Assembly: GCA_951406725.2 (NCBI GenBank)
Contig: OX597823.1
Coordinates: 112,840,001 to 112,904,000, forward strand
Reading direction: 5' to 3'
Length of the DNA stretch: 64,000 bases
Source: Octopus vulgaris
Lineage: Eukaryota
Shown: piece by piece, positions 26,621 to 41,317 of the stretch
How the letters are laid out: each line of letters starts with the position of its first letter
Position numbering within the stretch: position 1 is the stretch's first letter
Notes under the pieces: model-generated
Told to the model about the DNA's origin: nothing
The model's input: the letters and a program-made list of their open reading frames with translations, nothing else
Database searches by the model: none
Position numbers and translations under genes: made by a program

Positions 26621-27484
26621 AGTAGAAATCAAAACATTGAAGATCCTGGTATCTTCGGCAAGCGACCTTAGGAATAGAATTATTGGTAGATTATATCCCA
26701 AGAAAAGAGTGTCATATAAAATCATTCATGTAGTGATTGATAAGTAAAAACTGCAAACACAAACAAATCGGCCAGGTGATCAAAAGTGAAAAGAACAAAA
26801 TGTAAGCGATTCCAGAGCTTCTGAGCGAACCTAATTCAATGAAGAACGTAGGAGAAAAAAAAAAAAACATTCTACATTCCCACAAAGCATATATTGTCAT
26901 GAAGGTGAGATACTTAAATGAAGTAAGCATTACATTAAAAATTCACGGTTAAGACAATTTTGGTTAGTTACTTTCAAATCTACGACTTTTGTACCTAAGA
27001 TAAAAATTCACATCTATGTCCATAATGAGTGGCCCTCTTGATTATGTTGCTAAGTATATAAATGCAATCGCTTGAAAAGGCCGAAACAAGGAAAGAAAAG
27101 AGTCACTTTTCTACGTATTCTGAAAATTCCTTTTGTAAGTGGAACAGTGAAAATATGAAAGATTTTTCTGGATTTTCAAAATGGAGATGGTGTCCTGCTT
27201 AGAAATCAAATCCTGCTTTAGATAAAAATTTAAAAGAATAAGAGACAAACATATATGCAAACATAAAAATTCAAGATATATTAATGCCCGCATCCATATT
27301 TATTTGTTTGTCGCGCGGCTAAAATGTTTAAACACGCACCAAACACACACAAGCATAGACGCTTTATAAGTATGTGTATTTATATAGGTATAATATATAT
27401 AGGTGTGTGTGTGTGTGTGTGTGCGCGAGTGTATGTGTAAAAAAATTTGACAATATATACTGAATACGATATATATAAAATAAA

Positions 27485-27603
<119 letters not shown>

Positions 27604-28078
27604 TATGTATGAATGAAAAGAAAAAGAAATAAAGAGAAAGAGTTGGCTGCGACAAAATATGTGAGAAGGAGTGAAAGAAAGCGAAAATGGCGAACAATGT
27701 TGTTAGCCAGAAAGCTAAAGATAAAACAAAATATTCTAAAAGAAACCAAGCTGAGAGAAATAAACAAACGAAAATCCAAACAAACAGAGGTGAATATATT
27801 AAAAATAAAGAAAACAAAATTCAAGGATGTATTAATAATAAAATATGAAGAAGACGGTAAATATTTTAGCAAAAAAAAAATAGTGAGACTTGATGAAGTG
27901 GCAAGATGGCGGAGATAGGACGGTACGTTAACAATAGATGGAATCACTTATTAAACAGTCGGTTGTGTCAGGAAAACTCTTCATTTCACATCGGATCTAG
28001 TTTCTAAGAATTCATCTTCCTAGTTTACTTCTTCTAGCAGACGACAATCTGCTGCTTTAAAACCTTTTCATTCCGTGT

Positions 28079-28144
<66 letters not shown>

Positions 28145-28307
28145 TTTTGTGCAAGTGCGCCTGTATGTAGTGTATGTATGTTATGTGTTTTGTTTGTGTG
28201 TGTGTCTATAAGTGTCTATATGCGTGCGAATATATTGCATGTGTGTATGTATGCATATGTATAGGTATGTATGTATGTATGTATAAAGATATATATATAT
28301 ATGTATA

Positions 28308-28347
<40 letters not shown>

Positions 28348-28534
28348 CAGAGATATATATGTACACACATATGTATGTGAGATATATGTATATATAACTA
28401 TATATACATATATATATATATACATATATATATATATTTATATATATATACACACACACATATAGAGAGAAAGAATGAGAGAGATATGAGTGCGAGTTTA
28501 TAAATGTATGTATATACACGTGTTTATGTTTGTC

Positions 28535-28593
<59 letters not shown>

Positions 28594-28799
28594 TAGTATG
28601 TATGAGCCTCTTTGTATGTATATGAGCGCGTATTTGTTGGCGACAGCTGTTAGACTCTGATATTCTAAGAAGTGTCATCTCCAACATAAAAATGAATGGA
28701 AGGACGGTTCTGGTATTTCCTTTCATTGTTGTTGTAGAATCTATTTTAGTTGTTGCTGCTGCTCTTGTGTTTTACTTCTTGTTCATAATCTTGCTGTGT

Positions 28800-29036
28800 T
28801 GTGTTTGTTGTTGTTGTTGTTGTTATTTTGTTGTTGCTATTATTATTATTGTTGTTTTTGTTACTGTTGTTATTTTTCTCCTACTCTGCTTTATCTGCAA
28901 AATCCTCATCACCATCGTCATTGTCGTCATCATCAATATCATTGTCGCCGCCGCCACCACCGACGACGCCTCCACTACTTCCGTTGCCGTAACCTCGACC
29001 ACTATCACCACCACCACCACCACCACCACCACCACC
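28800..29036. repeat. Mixed trinucleotide low-complexity tract (TTG/CAT/CAC)
   Basis: Direct reading; open in several frames on both strands. Confidence 0.85.
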
Positions 29037-29332
29037 TGTGTTGCCATAGAAACGCAGATTATGAAAATAAAGAATATAACATGCAAAATACCCGGATGAT
29101 AAATAAACACATATGCAGGTCTCACACACGTAATATTAATCAGATGGAGCACTTAAATCATCTAAGAAAATATACGTGCAATCAGTAGACAAAACTCCCC
29201 ATCAGAGTCTTTAAAAGCACATTTAACCAACTCAGTGAAGCATATTCTCCTCGGTTGGAAAGATTATGTATAATCTGTGTATGTATATATCTATATACGC
29301 ATACATACGTACACATACATACATGCATATAA

Positions 29333-29650
29333 AACTGGCACTCCGTCGGTTACGACGACGGAGGTTCTGGTTGAGGCGATCAGCAGAAAAGCTTGCTCGA
29401 GAAATAAAGGCGTGAAAGTGGTTCAGAATTCCACAGACTCGTGTACCCTTGACGTAGTTCTCAGGTTGACACAGCATGGGACAATGCCGGCCCTCTGAAA
29501 CACAGGTGCGACTCATTTTTGCCAGCTGAGTGGACTGGAGCAATGTGAAATAAAGTGCCTTGCTCAAGGACACAACGCATCTCCGGGAATTGAACCCACG
29601 ACTTTACGATCGTGAGCTGAATAACGTAACCACAAAGCCACCACGTGCCT
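29333..29650 (-). mobile_element. SINE with family C tail and a different head domain
   Basis: Tail CCTCCGTCGTCGTAACCGACGGAGTGCC; head has B-box GGTTCAATTCC and GTGTCCTTGAGCAAGGCACTTT. Confidence 0.85.
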
Positions 29651-29664
29651 TCATTACAGAATGG

Positions 29665-29968
29665 GACAAGAACGTAAAACATCCGGGCAACTAGGCGATA
29701 CAAAAAGCGACAACAAAACATCCAGATGGACGATACAAAAAGAAAAATAAATAAGGACGAGTCATTCGAAGTTTTCTACCCTCGGTCAAGAACCAGATTA
29801 TCCTCGCAATTTCGGCTGATTAATCTAGAGATTGCTCCAATCTGGCCAACTCCAAGGAAAAACTAAAGTAAAAGCACTAGATTCCTTGGAAGAAAGCATC
29901 GAATGTATATGAAAACAAGGACGGATAAACAGACGATGTTACACAAATATAAATACAAAATACAATGA

Positions 29969-29970
<2 letters not shown>
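29665..29970. repeat. Unclassified interspersed repeat adjoining (AAT)n
   Basis: 29850-29970 is the reverse complement of 34400-34525. Confidence 0.7.
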
Positions 29971-30020
<50 letters not shown>

Positions 30021-30022
<2 letters not shown>

Positions 30023-30154
30023 ATGTCGCGCACAGACGGTTGTGATGCATGTGCCTGGTGTACCCTTATCAGACAGGTAGTCATGATGGGTATATTGGGC
30101 TTCGTATATTTTACCCCGGTGTCACTTTGATGGCATGAACTGCTCTCTCACTCA
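30021..30154 (+). mobile_element. 5'-truncated retroelement 3' end embedded in (AAT)n
   Basis: Reverse complement of 32256-32390; flanked by (AAT)n on both sides. Confidence 0.85.
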
Positions 30155-30314
30155 ATAATAATAATAATAATAACAGGACATAACAACAGGTGTCTTTCGT
30201 CGACTGGGGACGAATTGAATTCAGCTGGCATGTGTAGAAATGAAACCTTACGGCAGACATACAAAAATTATATATAAATATATATTTATATACACATGTT
30301 CACACACACACACA

Positions 30315-30378
<64 letters not shown>

Positions 30379-30436
30379 TGTGTGTGTAGCCGGGTTGGTG
30401 TGTTTGTATATACATAAACACTCACACATATTTATA

Positions 30437-30800
30437 TATCGGGTGTCCCACCAAAGTGTACTCTCACATTGAACGATTATAAAATCAGGTTTTACTACAA
30501 TACGTTTCATTTTGAAAATTTAATAGAATCAACAGACATAACTTAATTTCTTTTAAGAACGCCTGTTCTGCAACTGATAACAGTTCTTGTCCGGACACTG
30601 CTGATAACGCGAAGCAATTGAATTGCAGACATCTGAAACCATTTCATTCCGAAATTGTGCGCTTTTTCATTCAATGGTAGTCCTCAGTTTGTTGACTGTT
30701 ACTGGTTCTGTACCGGAAACTGTATCTTTTATGTATCCATATAACAAATATGCAATGTTGTAAAGTCCGGTTAATGCGGTCAGTATTCTACTGAATCTCT
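30437..30800 (-). mobile_element. Tc1/mariner-superfamily 3' remnant
   Basis: TIR-like TA|TCGGGTGTCCCA; minus-strand decayed SVEY*PH*PDFTTL/YLLYGYIKDTVSGTEPVTVNKLRTTI corresponds to the WPPRSPDLTP..LWGY.K..V motif. Confidence 0.7.
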
Positions 30801-31800
30801 AATTCTGTGCCAAAATTTGAAATCAAATGTGTCATCTCCAGCATAGAAATGAATGGAAGAATGGTTCTAGTATAAATCCTAATGTGTTATACGCGAAACT
30901 CTTGGCTCTTGATTCACTTTTTAACCTCTACTGGTATAGATGATAAAAATTACAACTCCCACCATAATATATATGATTACCATATTTGTGTTTAGTTTAT
31001 AGAACACTCCATTGTGATATTTTCTCACTATCATATTTGATGTTCGTAATCAGCATTTCTCCTCTTTCACCATTCGCTTTACAATAATCATACTTTTATA
31101 AAATTTCTCATAAGAAAAAATGTTTCCGTTTGAAATTTTTGGAAGTTTTATATAACGGCTTCTTGAAATTATTATAAGGCTTCTTACATAGGATATTTGC
31201 GTTGCTAATATCGAATGGCACGAAAGCCATTGCTTGCAGCGCACGTGGCGGTAGAACACTGTGTGAAATGCTTAGTGTTATTTAGTTACGTCCCTTTAAA
31301 TTATGAATTCAAATATTGTCGATAGGAGAGGGTGTGGGAATTTACCTTTCATCTTTCGAACATCTAGACAGGTTTCCACTAATAAATTGAGTCGCTTCAA
31401 TAAATATATCCCCTTGTACCAATAATATAAGAAATCAATAATTAATAGAAATCATAGTTGTTTGAATAGATTACTGAATATATTATTTTTAATTTTGATA
31501 TATCGATATTTCTACTTTGATCAGTCTTTTATGTCTCTTATAGATATATTCTTGTCAGCTAGCCATGATATATCGATCAAATTACAAACGCCATCACTGA
31601 CTTTTATTGATAATATACCAACGGCTGGTTCTGATTTCTTTATACATTTGTTCGGCAAAGTTCCACAAGAGATTAACCATCCTCATACTATATTCTACAC
31701 AAAACCTTTTGTAAGCTATATTATTGTTATACTTATTCTTATTATTATCATTATCCTCATTATCATCATCATCATCATCATCATTATTATTATTATTATT

Positions 31801-32241
31801 CTATGTTTGACTTTTGCATTACATTTGCACATGCTGGCTCCAAGTCTCACCCAGAGACCTCAAGAGACAACAAGATGGAAGTTCATGTTGGTGTTATGCC
31901 TAGTGTGCCATATATTTGGTTTTGTACTTAGTGTTGTACTAGTGAATGTTTAAGAAACCATACGAAAAGTATGTTTGTTTAAAACTTGAGATTACATAGA
32001 GAGTATTTTGCGTAGGATATGAGCTGTTCCGATGAGCACTATCTTTTGAATTTCTGCAATTTTTGGGCTTCCTGGTATCTGAGTTAGGTAGCAATCAGCC
32101 CCTTTTGCTATCATTCCCAGGGCACCTATGACAACAGGTATTGTTTTAGTCTTCGGGTTCCACATTTTGCTGATTTCTATATCAAGATCTTTATATTTGC
32201 TCAGTTTTTGGTAGGTCTTGACAAATACGTTTATATCGATT
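31801..32241 (-). mobile_element. R4/Dong-clade LINE 3' end (RLE endonuclease C-terminus plus 3'UTR)
   Basis: Minus frame KLSKYKDLDIEISKMWNPKTKTIPVVIGALGMIAK...EIQKIVLIGTAHILRKILSM* (stop 31992-31994); flanked by (ATT)n. Confidence 0.9.
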
Positions 32242-32255
32242 TTATTATTATTATT

Positions 32256-32538
32256 GAGTGAGAGAGCAGTTCATGCCATCAAAGTGACACTGGGGTAAAA
32301 TATACGAAGCCCAATATACCCATCATGACTACCCGTCTGATAAGGGTAAACTAGGCACATGCATCACAACCATATGTGCGCGACATGCTGATCTCATATC
32401 AAGATAAACAGCACATGACCTTGCAGTTGGGGCCCAGTTAGAAATTTCTTCAGGTTGAGTAGCCCATCCCGCTCAAAAGGTCCCTGAATAAGGGTTGTTT
32501 AAGGATGTTGAAAGAACCACCCATGTTTCCAGAGGTGA

Positions 32539-32540
<2 letters not shown>
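32256..32540 (-). mobile_element. (AAT)n-embedded retroelement 3' end, same family as 30021-30154
   Basis: Shared ~130 bp and the same 3' terminus GCTCTCTCACTC|AATAAT. Confidence 0.85.
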
Positions 32541-32607
<67 letters not shown>

Positions 32608-33006
32608 GTTGTTATTGTTGTTGTTGTTGTTGTTGTCATGTTTACTTTCCATGATTTTAGAAATACACTAAGTTTTACTTCATAAAACAAAATCTAGGTT
32701 ATATCGTGGAGAACACGCATAAAAACATCCGAGGTTAACTTAGACAATGCTGAAGCTCAATAAGAATGCTAAATGGAAAGCATTGGTAGAAATATTCAGA
32801 GTTAACCAAAATTTGAAGGTTGACACTAATGTTCACCACGGTGTCGTGAAATTGATGTATGTTCAGTAATTTGGTGAGCCATAGGGGACTTTACCAAAAG
32901 TTTATATGCAATTGTTTCGCGTAGATGATAGGTCGTTTTTCTCTACTTCAGTACCGCCTATTACCATCTCACCAACAACGTACTGTTTCTAATGGCAATG
33001 CAGCTA

Positions 33007-33420
33007 CCTATTTCTTTACTACCCACAAGGAGCTAAACATAGAGAGGACAAACAAGGAGAGACGAGCGGATTAAGTCGATTACATCGACCCCTGTGCGTA
33101 ACTGGTACTTAATTTATCGACCCCGAAGGGATGAAAGGCAAAGTCGACCTTGGTGGAATTTGAACTCAGAACGTAAACTGCAGACGAATATCTATTTCTT
33201 TACTACCCACAAGGGCTAAACACAGAGAGGACAAACAAGGACAGACAAACGCATTAAGTCGATTACATCGACCCCAGTGCGTAACTGGTACTTAATTTAT
33301 CGACCCCGAAAGGATGAAAGGCAAAGTCGACCTCGGCGGAATTTGAACTCAGAACGTGATGACAGACGAAATACCGGTAAGCATTTCGCCCGGCGCGCTA
33401 ACGTGTCTGCCAGCTCGCCA
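33007..33420 (-). mobile_element. SINE family A, head plus two tandem bodies
   Basis: Body repeated at 33007-33190 and 33191-33372. Confidence 0.93.
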
Positions 33421-34531
33421 TCTTTTGGTAATGCAGCTACCATACAAAAGGAACAAAGGGTGGGAACAGCAGCATGCATTAATTAAATAAATGCATTTAC
33501 AACCCGGCACCTTAAGAAGCAAGACCATCTCGGTTAGAGTTGTGAATTATGCGATGAAGGCTCGTTACGTGCTTGAAATTTTGCTTCAGATCAGAAACTC
33601 CAGGTGGATAAATACTCGGATGCGGTTAAAAGTAAGCCAACTTGTTCGTATTATCATCCGTGCAGTTACCCGCCTACAAATGGGCTGAGAAGAAACTATC
33701 CAGAAAAATCAAGCAGATGTAACGAACATATACACTGCTTTAGTTACTTTTTACTACAAGTCTTTGGTGCCTTGGACCTGTTTTTATTTGACGAAGTGAA
33801 AGACTACATTTTTCTATAAATGACACAGTTCACTGGTTAGTGCTGCAGATATCCTACGAATGGAAGACACGTTATGTCATGACTTATGATGCGTAGTTAT
33901 GCGCTGAGGCCATGTCATGTGCAGGGACTTTTGGGCAGAGAAAAGGTTTAGTCATACTTCTGGAATATTCTCTTGCAACTCATCTCTCAAATGAAGCTGC
34001 TGCCGCTGATGGGATCTAGCAATTGAAAAGTCAGTATCTCAGCCACTCCTTGCAGAGGGTTATTGATGGGCAAGCGCGACGACCCCACTCTTCGACTTCG
34101 ACAAGATCTAATTGCCGAGAAAAAGGAAGGTGGAATAGGAGGTGCTACTCCCAGTGAATTTGCTACAAGGTGGCTGAAAGTTCGCCTTTGTATGTTGTGG
34201 GAGGGGGGAAGAAAGAGATAGAGAGAGAGATTATTTTTGGTTGTCTGAGGAATATGGTTCTGGGGGGTTTCTTTGATTGAATTTAGGTAATTGACCCTCA
34301 TTTACTTTTTCTATTTATGATAATTATTATTATTGTTGTTGTTTTTGTATTGTTGTTGCTGTTGTTGTTGTCGAAAGACACTTGTTGTTAAGTCCTGTTA
34401 TTATTTTTATTGTATTTATATTGTATTTTATTTGTATAACATTGTCTGTTTTTCCGTCCTTGTTTTCGTATACATTCGATGCTTTCTTCCAAGGAATCGA
34501 ATGCTCTTAGCTTAGTTTTCCCTTGTTGTCG

Positions 34532-34681
<150 letters not shown>

Positions 34682-35523
34682 TTGTATTTTTTGACAGATT
34701 TTAATCATCGCTTTGGTATTTCGTCAATTTCAGGAATGAAGCCAAATGTTCTTTCTCTGATGAAATTAGATATTCTTGTCGGTATTTCAGCATTTTTTAC
34801 AATTTACTTTGACCAAATATATTCGCTAGAAGTTTGTTGTTTTGGTATATCTTATCATTTTCCAGTTGTGTATATTCATAGAATCTGGTCTTCTTAGGTT
34901 GTGTTGATCTATCTACTGTTCACATTTTGTCCACTCACCCCTAATTTTTCTGCCTTTTTTTTTTACTGTTGTTGTAACAATTATTCTTTTCTCTAGCAAT
35001 TGCTTAAATTCTTTTTGCATTGGAAGCGAACTCTGACTTATTAAAAAAAATGTTGCCACGTTTCGCCGATATCGGCAAATTCTCTGTGAGTTAGCCAGAA
35101 TAATTTGTTGTAGGAATTTGTTCCAACATACAAAAGATATAAACACCTCGAACCCATATTGTCGCACATGCATTGTTCACTCAGTTCAATAAAACAATAA
35201 TTGTAATGTTCGTTTCGTCAATGTTCACAAAGTGACAAGACAAAAGTTTCACGCTCCATTACCGGTGCTAAAGGATCGGTAGCATGAAGAAAAAGCAATA
35301 AAATATCAATAAGTAACAATAGCAAGAAACACAGGAATAGCTGTAGATTTTATCGACATCATCGGTCATTAGGTTTAGCCCTGTCGTGTCACTGAAAACT
35401 GAGTCGTTTAATTGGTTTTTGACACGTGTCTATAAATGGTGTTTAGTTAATTCTGCACGTTGTTGATCAGAAGAGATGGGAAAAATATACTTCTTGAATG
35501 CCAGAATATGAAGACAACATTGC

Positions 35524-35586
<63 letters not shown>

Positions 35587-35919
35587 GTGGAAGGAAATAA
35601 AGCTTTATAAATAAAAGTAATTGTGTCTATTAATATGTTTTTCAAAATTAGAAGCAAGTATATAGTAACCAAAATATCGAGAAAAATACTTTATACAAGT
35701 GTTCAAAAAGTTTCGTAACTCTTTCTGTAAAATCCCCCATAAGGCATCAGAAATCAAGGGCTGAATAAAGTGGCCCTGTTTATAACGATAAAGTATCATT
35801 ATCTTTGAGGTAATAGACGTCAAGGTATTGGTAATAGCAACCAAGTATGTAGCTGTAATATATCTTTTACCTACTTAAAGGGTAACTGGAAGGTAACTTT
35901 TTTGAATAAGTGTCTCGTC

Positions 35920-36226
35920 CATAGGTTCTCAAAGTGGGCGCTACCGCCCTCGGTGGCTGTTGAGACGGTACAGGTGGGTGCTGGTGCTTAAGGGTGCGGT
36001 AGAGAAAAAGGAAGTGCTGGGAGGAAGGATTGGGGTATGCTATGAATTTATTACAATATTATTATAGTATTGTATACAAATTATATAATATTATATTAAA
36101 TATCAAATGATTCATAGTATACATAAATTACTAAATTATAAAATATATATTTATACGTAAAAATAGGGGTGGGGGTGCTGAGGGTAAAATGTGACCATGG
36201 GGGGCCCAAATGTTTGAGAACCTCTG
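35920..36226. mobile_element. hAT (Charlie-like) MITE
   Basis: TIRs CATAGGTTCTCAAA / TTTGAGAACCTCTG; degenerate 8-bp TSD GTCTCGTC / GTCAAGTC. Confidence 0.8.
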
Positions 36227-36327
36227 GTCAAGTCGGTAGCAAGTTTCACCACTAAATATAAGAACTGTTACTTGATGATGATAGAGAATCTGTTGCATGT
36301 ATGTATTTTTATGTATGTATGTATGTA

Positions 36328-36824
36328 TTATTAGAATGGAGGATAGAAGGATTCCTAAGCAGATGCTCTATGGAGAACTTGTGAATGGAAGGAGACTCCG
36401 GCAGAAACCAAGGCTGCGATTTAAGGACTGTGTCAAGTCCTCGTTAAAGGCCTTTGATATGCAGGACTCTGACTGGGAGAACAATGCTTGTCATCGCCAC
36501 AGATGGAGGAAGCAGGTTAAGGAGGGGATCGACACTTTTGAGAGAGTACGTATCCAGCATGAAGAACTTAAGCGAGCTGCGCGAAAGCGCACGGCTCGTA
36601 TAGTGAATGGGGAAAGCTTGGTCTGCAATGTTTGCAGTTGTGTATGCTTGTCAAGAGCAGGGCTCATTAGCCACCAACGGAGCCGCAAATGCAAAATATA
36701 AGTTAGTCCTAGAGCGCACAATGTTCCTGAAGGTCGGCAATGGTCTTCCTCGGTCACGAGTGGACGGCCATCACATCATGTATGTATGTATGTATGTATG
36801 TATGTATGTATGTATGTATGTATG

Positions 36825-36853
<29 letters not shown>
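36328..36853 (+). mobile_element. RTE-clade LINE 3' end, 5'-truncated, uninterrupted frame, followed by (ATGT)n
   Basis: RMEDRRIPKQMLYGELVNGRRLRQKPRLRFKDCVK...CNVCSCVCLSRAGLISHQR; short 3'UTR. Confidence 0.93.
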
Positions 36854-36858
<5 letters not shown>

Positions 36859-37242
36859 TACGTGTACTTATGTATCCATGCAGATATGTATGTACAGGAA
36901 TTAACCGTCGTGTGTGACAGAAACGGCTTGGCTTGCAAACTGCTGCATCAAATGTGTTCTCAGAATTTCAACATCCTAAATTAGAAGAATCCACCTATCA
37001 GCAACCAACATGTTAATGAGGAACTCGATCCAAACAGTAACTAGGTATTTTCGAACCAATAATCTTCCTCAGTACATCATTAACTTAGCCGCAGGGCCAG
37101 TCAAATTTAGGCACAGGCCCCGGGGAGGTAATAAGGGTAAAGATGATGTCCGCAGGATTTGAGCTCAGAAAGTAAAGATTAACAACAAATACGGCAACGA
37201 ATTTCTCCCGGTTGTCTCCATTGTTACTGCAAATCCACCGCA

Positions 37243-37256
37243 CAACTACTACTACA

Positions 37257-37297
<41 letters not shown>

Positions 37298-37335
37298 AAC
37301 CACCACCACCGCCGCCGCCGCCGCCACCACTACCT

Positions 37336-37378
<43 letters not shown>

Positions 37379-37541
37379 AACCACCGCCGCCGCCCCCGCC
37401 ACCACCACTACCTCCACCACTACTACTACTGCTGCTGCTACTACTACTACTACTACTACAACCACCGCCGCCGCCCCCCCAACACCAGTACAGCCACCAC
37501 TACTACTACTGCTGCTGCTACTACTACTACTACTGCTGCTG

Positions 37542-37582
<41 letters not shown>

Positions 37583-37604
37583 GCTACTACTACTATCACA
37601 ACCA

Positions 37605-37644
<40 letters not shown>

Positions 37645-37715
37645 CACCACACCACCACCACCACACCACCACATCACCACTAATAATAATATAATTATTA
37701 TTATTAGTAATAATA
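37243..37715. repeat. Compound (CTA)/(CCA)/(CCG) array with higher-order repeats
   Basis: The unit (CTA)n-CAACCACCGCCGCC recurs three times. Confidence 0.9.
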
Positions 37716-37730
37716 AATATAACAATTATA

Positions 37731-38065
37731 GGCGCAGGAGTGGCTGTGTGGTAAGCAGCTTGCTAACCAACCACATGGTTCCGGGTTCAGTCCCATTGCG
37801 TGGCATCTTGGGCAAGTGTCTTCTGCTATAGCCCCGGGCCGACCAATGCCTTGTGAGTGGATTTGTTAGACGGAAACTGAAAGAAGCCTGTCGTATGTTT
37901 ACGTGTGTTTACGTCCCCGTCACTTAGCGGTTCGGCAAAAGAGACCGATAGAATAAGTACTGGGCTTACAAAGAATAAGTCCCTTGGTCGATTTGCTTGA
38001 CTAAAGGCGGTGCTCCAGCATGGCCGCAGTCAAATGACTGAAACAAGTAAAAGAGTAAAAGAGTA
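37731..38065 (+). mobile_element. SINE family B with intact head, lacking the internal microsatellite
   Basis: GGCGCAGGAGTGGCTGTGTGGTAAG...GAAACAAGTAAAAGAGTAAAAGAG. Confidence 0.95.
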
Positions 38066-38450
38066 ATTATAATAAACATGAAACGAATGGAGCTGTTATT
38101 GCTTTATAACTCATTTAGTTTTCGCGATGCTTCCAATCCAATATAAACCATGTTTCACTACAGAATAGTTTTAATAAAGTATACAGCAATATGCAAAGAA
38201 GAGTTTACCGAAAAATAAAAGTACAAGTAAGCAATATTTTACAAGTGAATAGTAACTGACAGCTAAAATGTATTTGTAAATGTGTGAACTGAAGATTTCG
38301 AAATGGTTTTAATTTTTCCGTCATCGTAATTACAATATATTTATGTTTCTTATATACTGTGTTTTTAATAATCCATCTATAGTAAAATGGCTTTGGTTAG
38401 AAACAAAGGAACGACAACATTTTAGAATGAATGATGCTTATTAGTAGATA

Positions 38451-38847
38451 CTAGCAGTATCGCCCGGCGTTGCTCGGGTTTGTAAGGGAAATAACTATAT
38501 AAGCATTTTTAGAGAGTTATAGCCAAAAAATAGCAACAAAATGCATTAAAAATGGAATAAAAATGATGGTAAATTTTTTTTAAATCGTTGACTCATCGTA
38601 GACATTTTTAGAGAGTTACTTCCCTTATATAATAGCAAAAAAATGCATTAAAATGGAAAAAAATTATGGTAAATTTTTTTTTAAATCGTAGACTCATCGT
38701 AGACGCGCGCTAATACCCAGAAGGGCTCGATATGAATCACGACTATAAGATACCCGGTTTTGGTTAAACTGCACCGCAAAATGTGGGAGTAGTTAGGAAT
38801 CTAAATCGTAGGAGACAGACACACAACTTGACTTTTATAAATAAAGA
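38451..38847 (-). mobile_element. Non-autonomous Helitron
   Basis: Minus strand A|TC...subterminal hairpin CCCGAGCAACGCCGGG...CTAG|T; no TSD; internal tandem duplication. Confidence 0.88.
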
Positions 38848-39375
38848 TGTCTTGAGGCGTTTGGAGAATGGTAATATTTATTCAGAAAAATAGTTTGATG
38901 AAATATGGAGAGAACATCTTCGAATTGAGTGCATGCTGGGGACGTGGCAAAACCTGAACAATATTTCGCTTCCTGCTTCAAATTATTTCACTCTCAAGTA
39001 ACTGAAAAGCAAACCTTTTCCTAATCCCTATTGTTCACTACAGAAGATGGGTAGTCAAGCGGTTAGGGTTTAAAGTAAGGTGTTGTTATCGATTCTGGAC
39101 CGGGCGGTGCGTCCTTGCGCAAAATATATCCTTTCACGCTGAGCAAGGCTGCACAGCAGAAAAGGAGTGTCACATGTAGTTAGAGTCCGATCTTGTGATG
39201 AATCTGTACCCCTTTCAGTGGAAAGAATCTTGTATTCTCAGACCCTTATACGTCTCAGGAATTAGGAACAGCACCAGTCTATTGTGTCTCTAAGAGCGAG
39301 ACAGGTTATTGCCACTATACATTATAGTATAAATCAGTTGCACCAAGTTAAACAACAAATCAGTTTTAAAAACCA

Positions 39376-39429
<54 letters not shown>

Positions 39430-39434
39430 GCATA

Positions 39435-39832
<398 letters not shown>

Positions 39833-40284
39833 GGTATAGGACTTGAATAAGAAATGACTAGTAATTCTTGTATGCCGAATTGCCATGTTGAAACTCCCTC
39901 TTTCATTGGGCGTTACTAATAATCTCAGTAAATACATAGATATTACATCATTTTGTTTTCTTATTCAATAAAATATAAGGCTTTAATGGTAAATATAATA
40001 TAACCTTTACTTATCTCACTGAGTTATCAGAATTTGATATAATACCGAACTTAATGTCTTAAAATAACTCATTTCTTTTGTTTACATTCTGGAATAAAAT
40101 CTTGCAAGAATCGATTTGGACTTATAATCTTTCTGTGCTCTTCGAAATACATACCTTTTGTTATAGTTGTTGTCGTTTACCTTGAAGCCAGTTCTAGTTG
40201 AGCATATTTATGATCAGAAGCATTACACGCCAGCTTCGTTCCCCGGCACAGTTGGGCTGAGAGTGCATAACAAACGAGGATATA

Positions 40285-40701
40285 TATTTCTTTATTGCCC
40301 ACAAGGGGCTAAACATAGAGGGGGCAAACAAGGACAGACAAAGGGATTAAATCGATTACATCGACCCCAGTGCGAAACCGGTACTTTTATTTTTCGACCC
40401 CGGAATGATGAAAGGCAAAGTCGACCTCGGCGGAATTTGAACTCAGAACGTAACGACAGACGAAATACCTATTTCTTTACTACCCACAAGGGGCTAAACA
40501 CAGAGAGGACAAACAAAGACAGACAAACGGATTAAGTCGTTTATATCGACCCCAGTGCGTAACTAGTACTTATTTAATCGACCCCGAAAGGATGAAAGGC
40601 AAAGTTGACCTCGGCGGAATTTGAACTCAAAACGTAGCAGCACACGAAATACCGCTAAGCATTCTGCCCGGCACGCTAACGTGTCTGCCAGCTCGCCACC
40701 T
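40285..40701 (-). mobile_element. SINE family A, head plus two tandem bodies
   Basis: Same organisation as 33007-33420. Confidence 0.93.
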
Positions 40702-41280
40702 TCATAACAAACGAGGATATAGCATAATTTCCATCTTTGCGTGCCATATAGTGAGATATACTCAACCCATGAACATTACCCTTCTTCACAACTTCAAGGG
40801 TAAAACAGCGAAAGAAAAAAAAATTATATACGAACTGTAATGAATATTTATAATTAGATATATCCATTCATCTAAACAGAGAGTCAGGAATCAACATGAC
40901 ACTTGGAAAATATGTAGTACTATCATTTAATATTAATATGATTCTCTTGTGGGATTCAATAATTCAAAGATCTGATGCCCGAAAAAATATTAGACCAAAA
41001 GACTGCCTCAAAAAACAAACGAACAAAAATAATAGTTAAGTTAGTGTTAATATGTAACAATTAAATAAATTTTACCATATTTAATAACTGAATTAGTATT
41101 AGCATATTTTATAGCCACGCCAGTATTGACAAACATAGAAAAATGATTTCGAGTTACTATATGCAGACGTGATGTCGAGTTTAACATATTTAATATTGAA
41201 ATAAATGTTAATATATTTCGAGTTTGGAACATTAAAGAGCAAATCAGAAATAAATATACGTGGAAGAAAAATTAAATGAT

Positions 41281-41317
41281 AGAGTTGAGGACTAAGGGAA
41301 ATCCCTAGGGATACTTT
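41281..41317 (+). ncRNA. Possible ultra-minimal hammerhead motif (C3>U)
   Basis: AGAG-TTGAGGA-C taag G-GAAA-TCCCTAGGGA-TA-CTTT; stem III is the 12-bp palindrome ATCCCTAGGGAT. Confidence 0.4.

Noticed and set aside
27613-27918. 101-aa Lys/Arg-rich ORF
   Set aside because: A-rich compositional ORF with no domain or clear splice signals.
33990-34200. AEKKEGGIG like the L1 PK..GGLG motif
   Set aside because: Insufficient flanking similarity.
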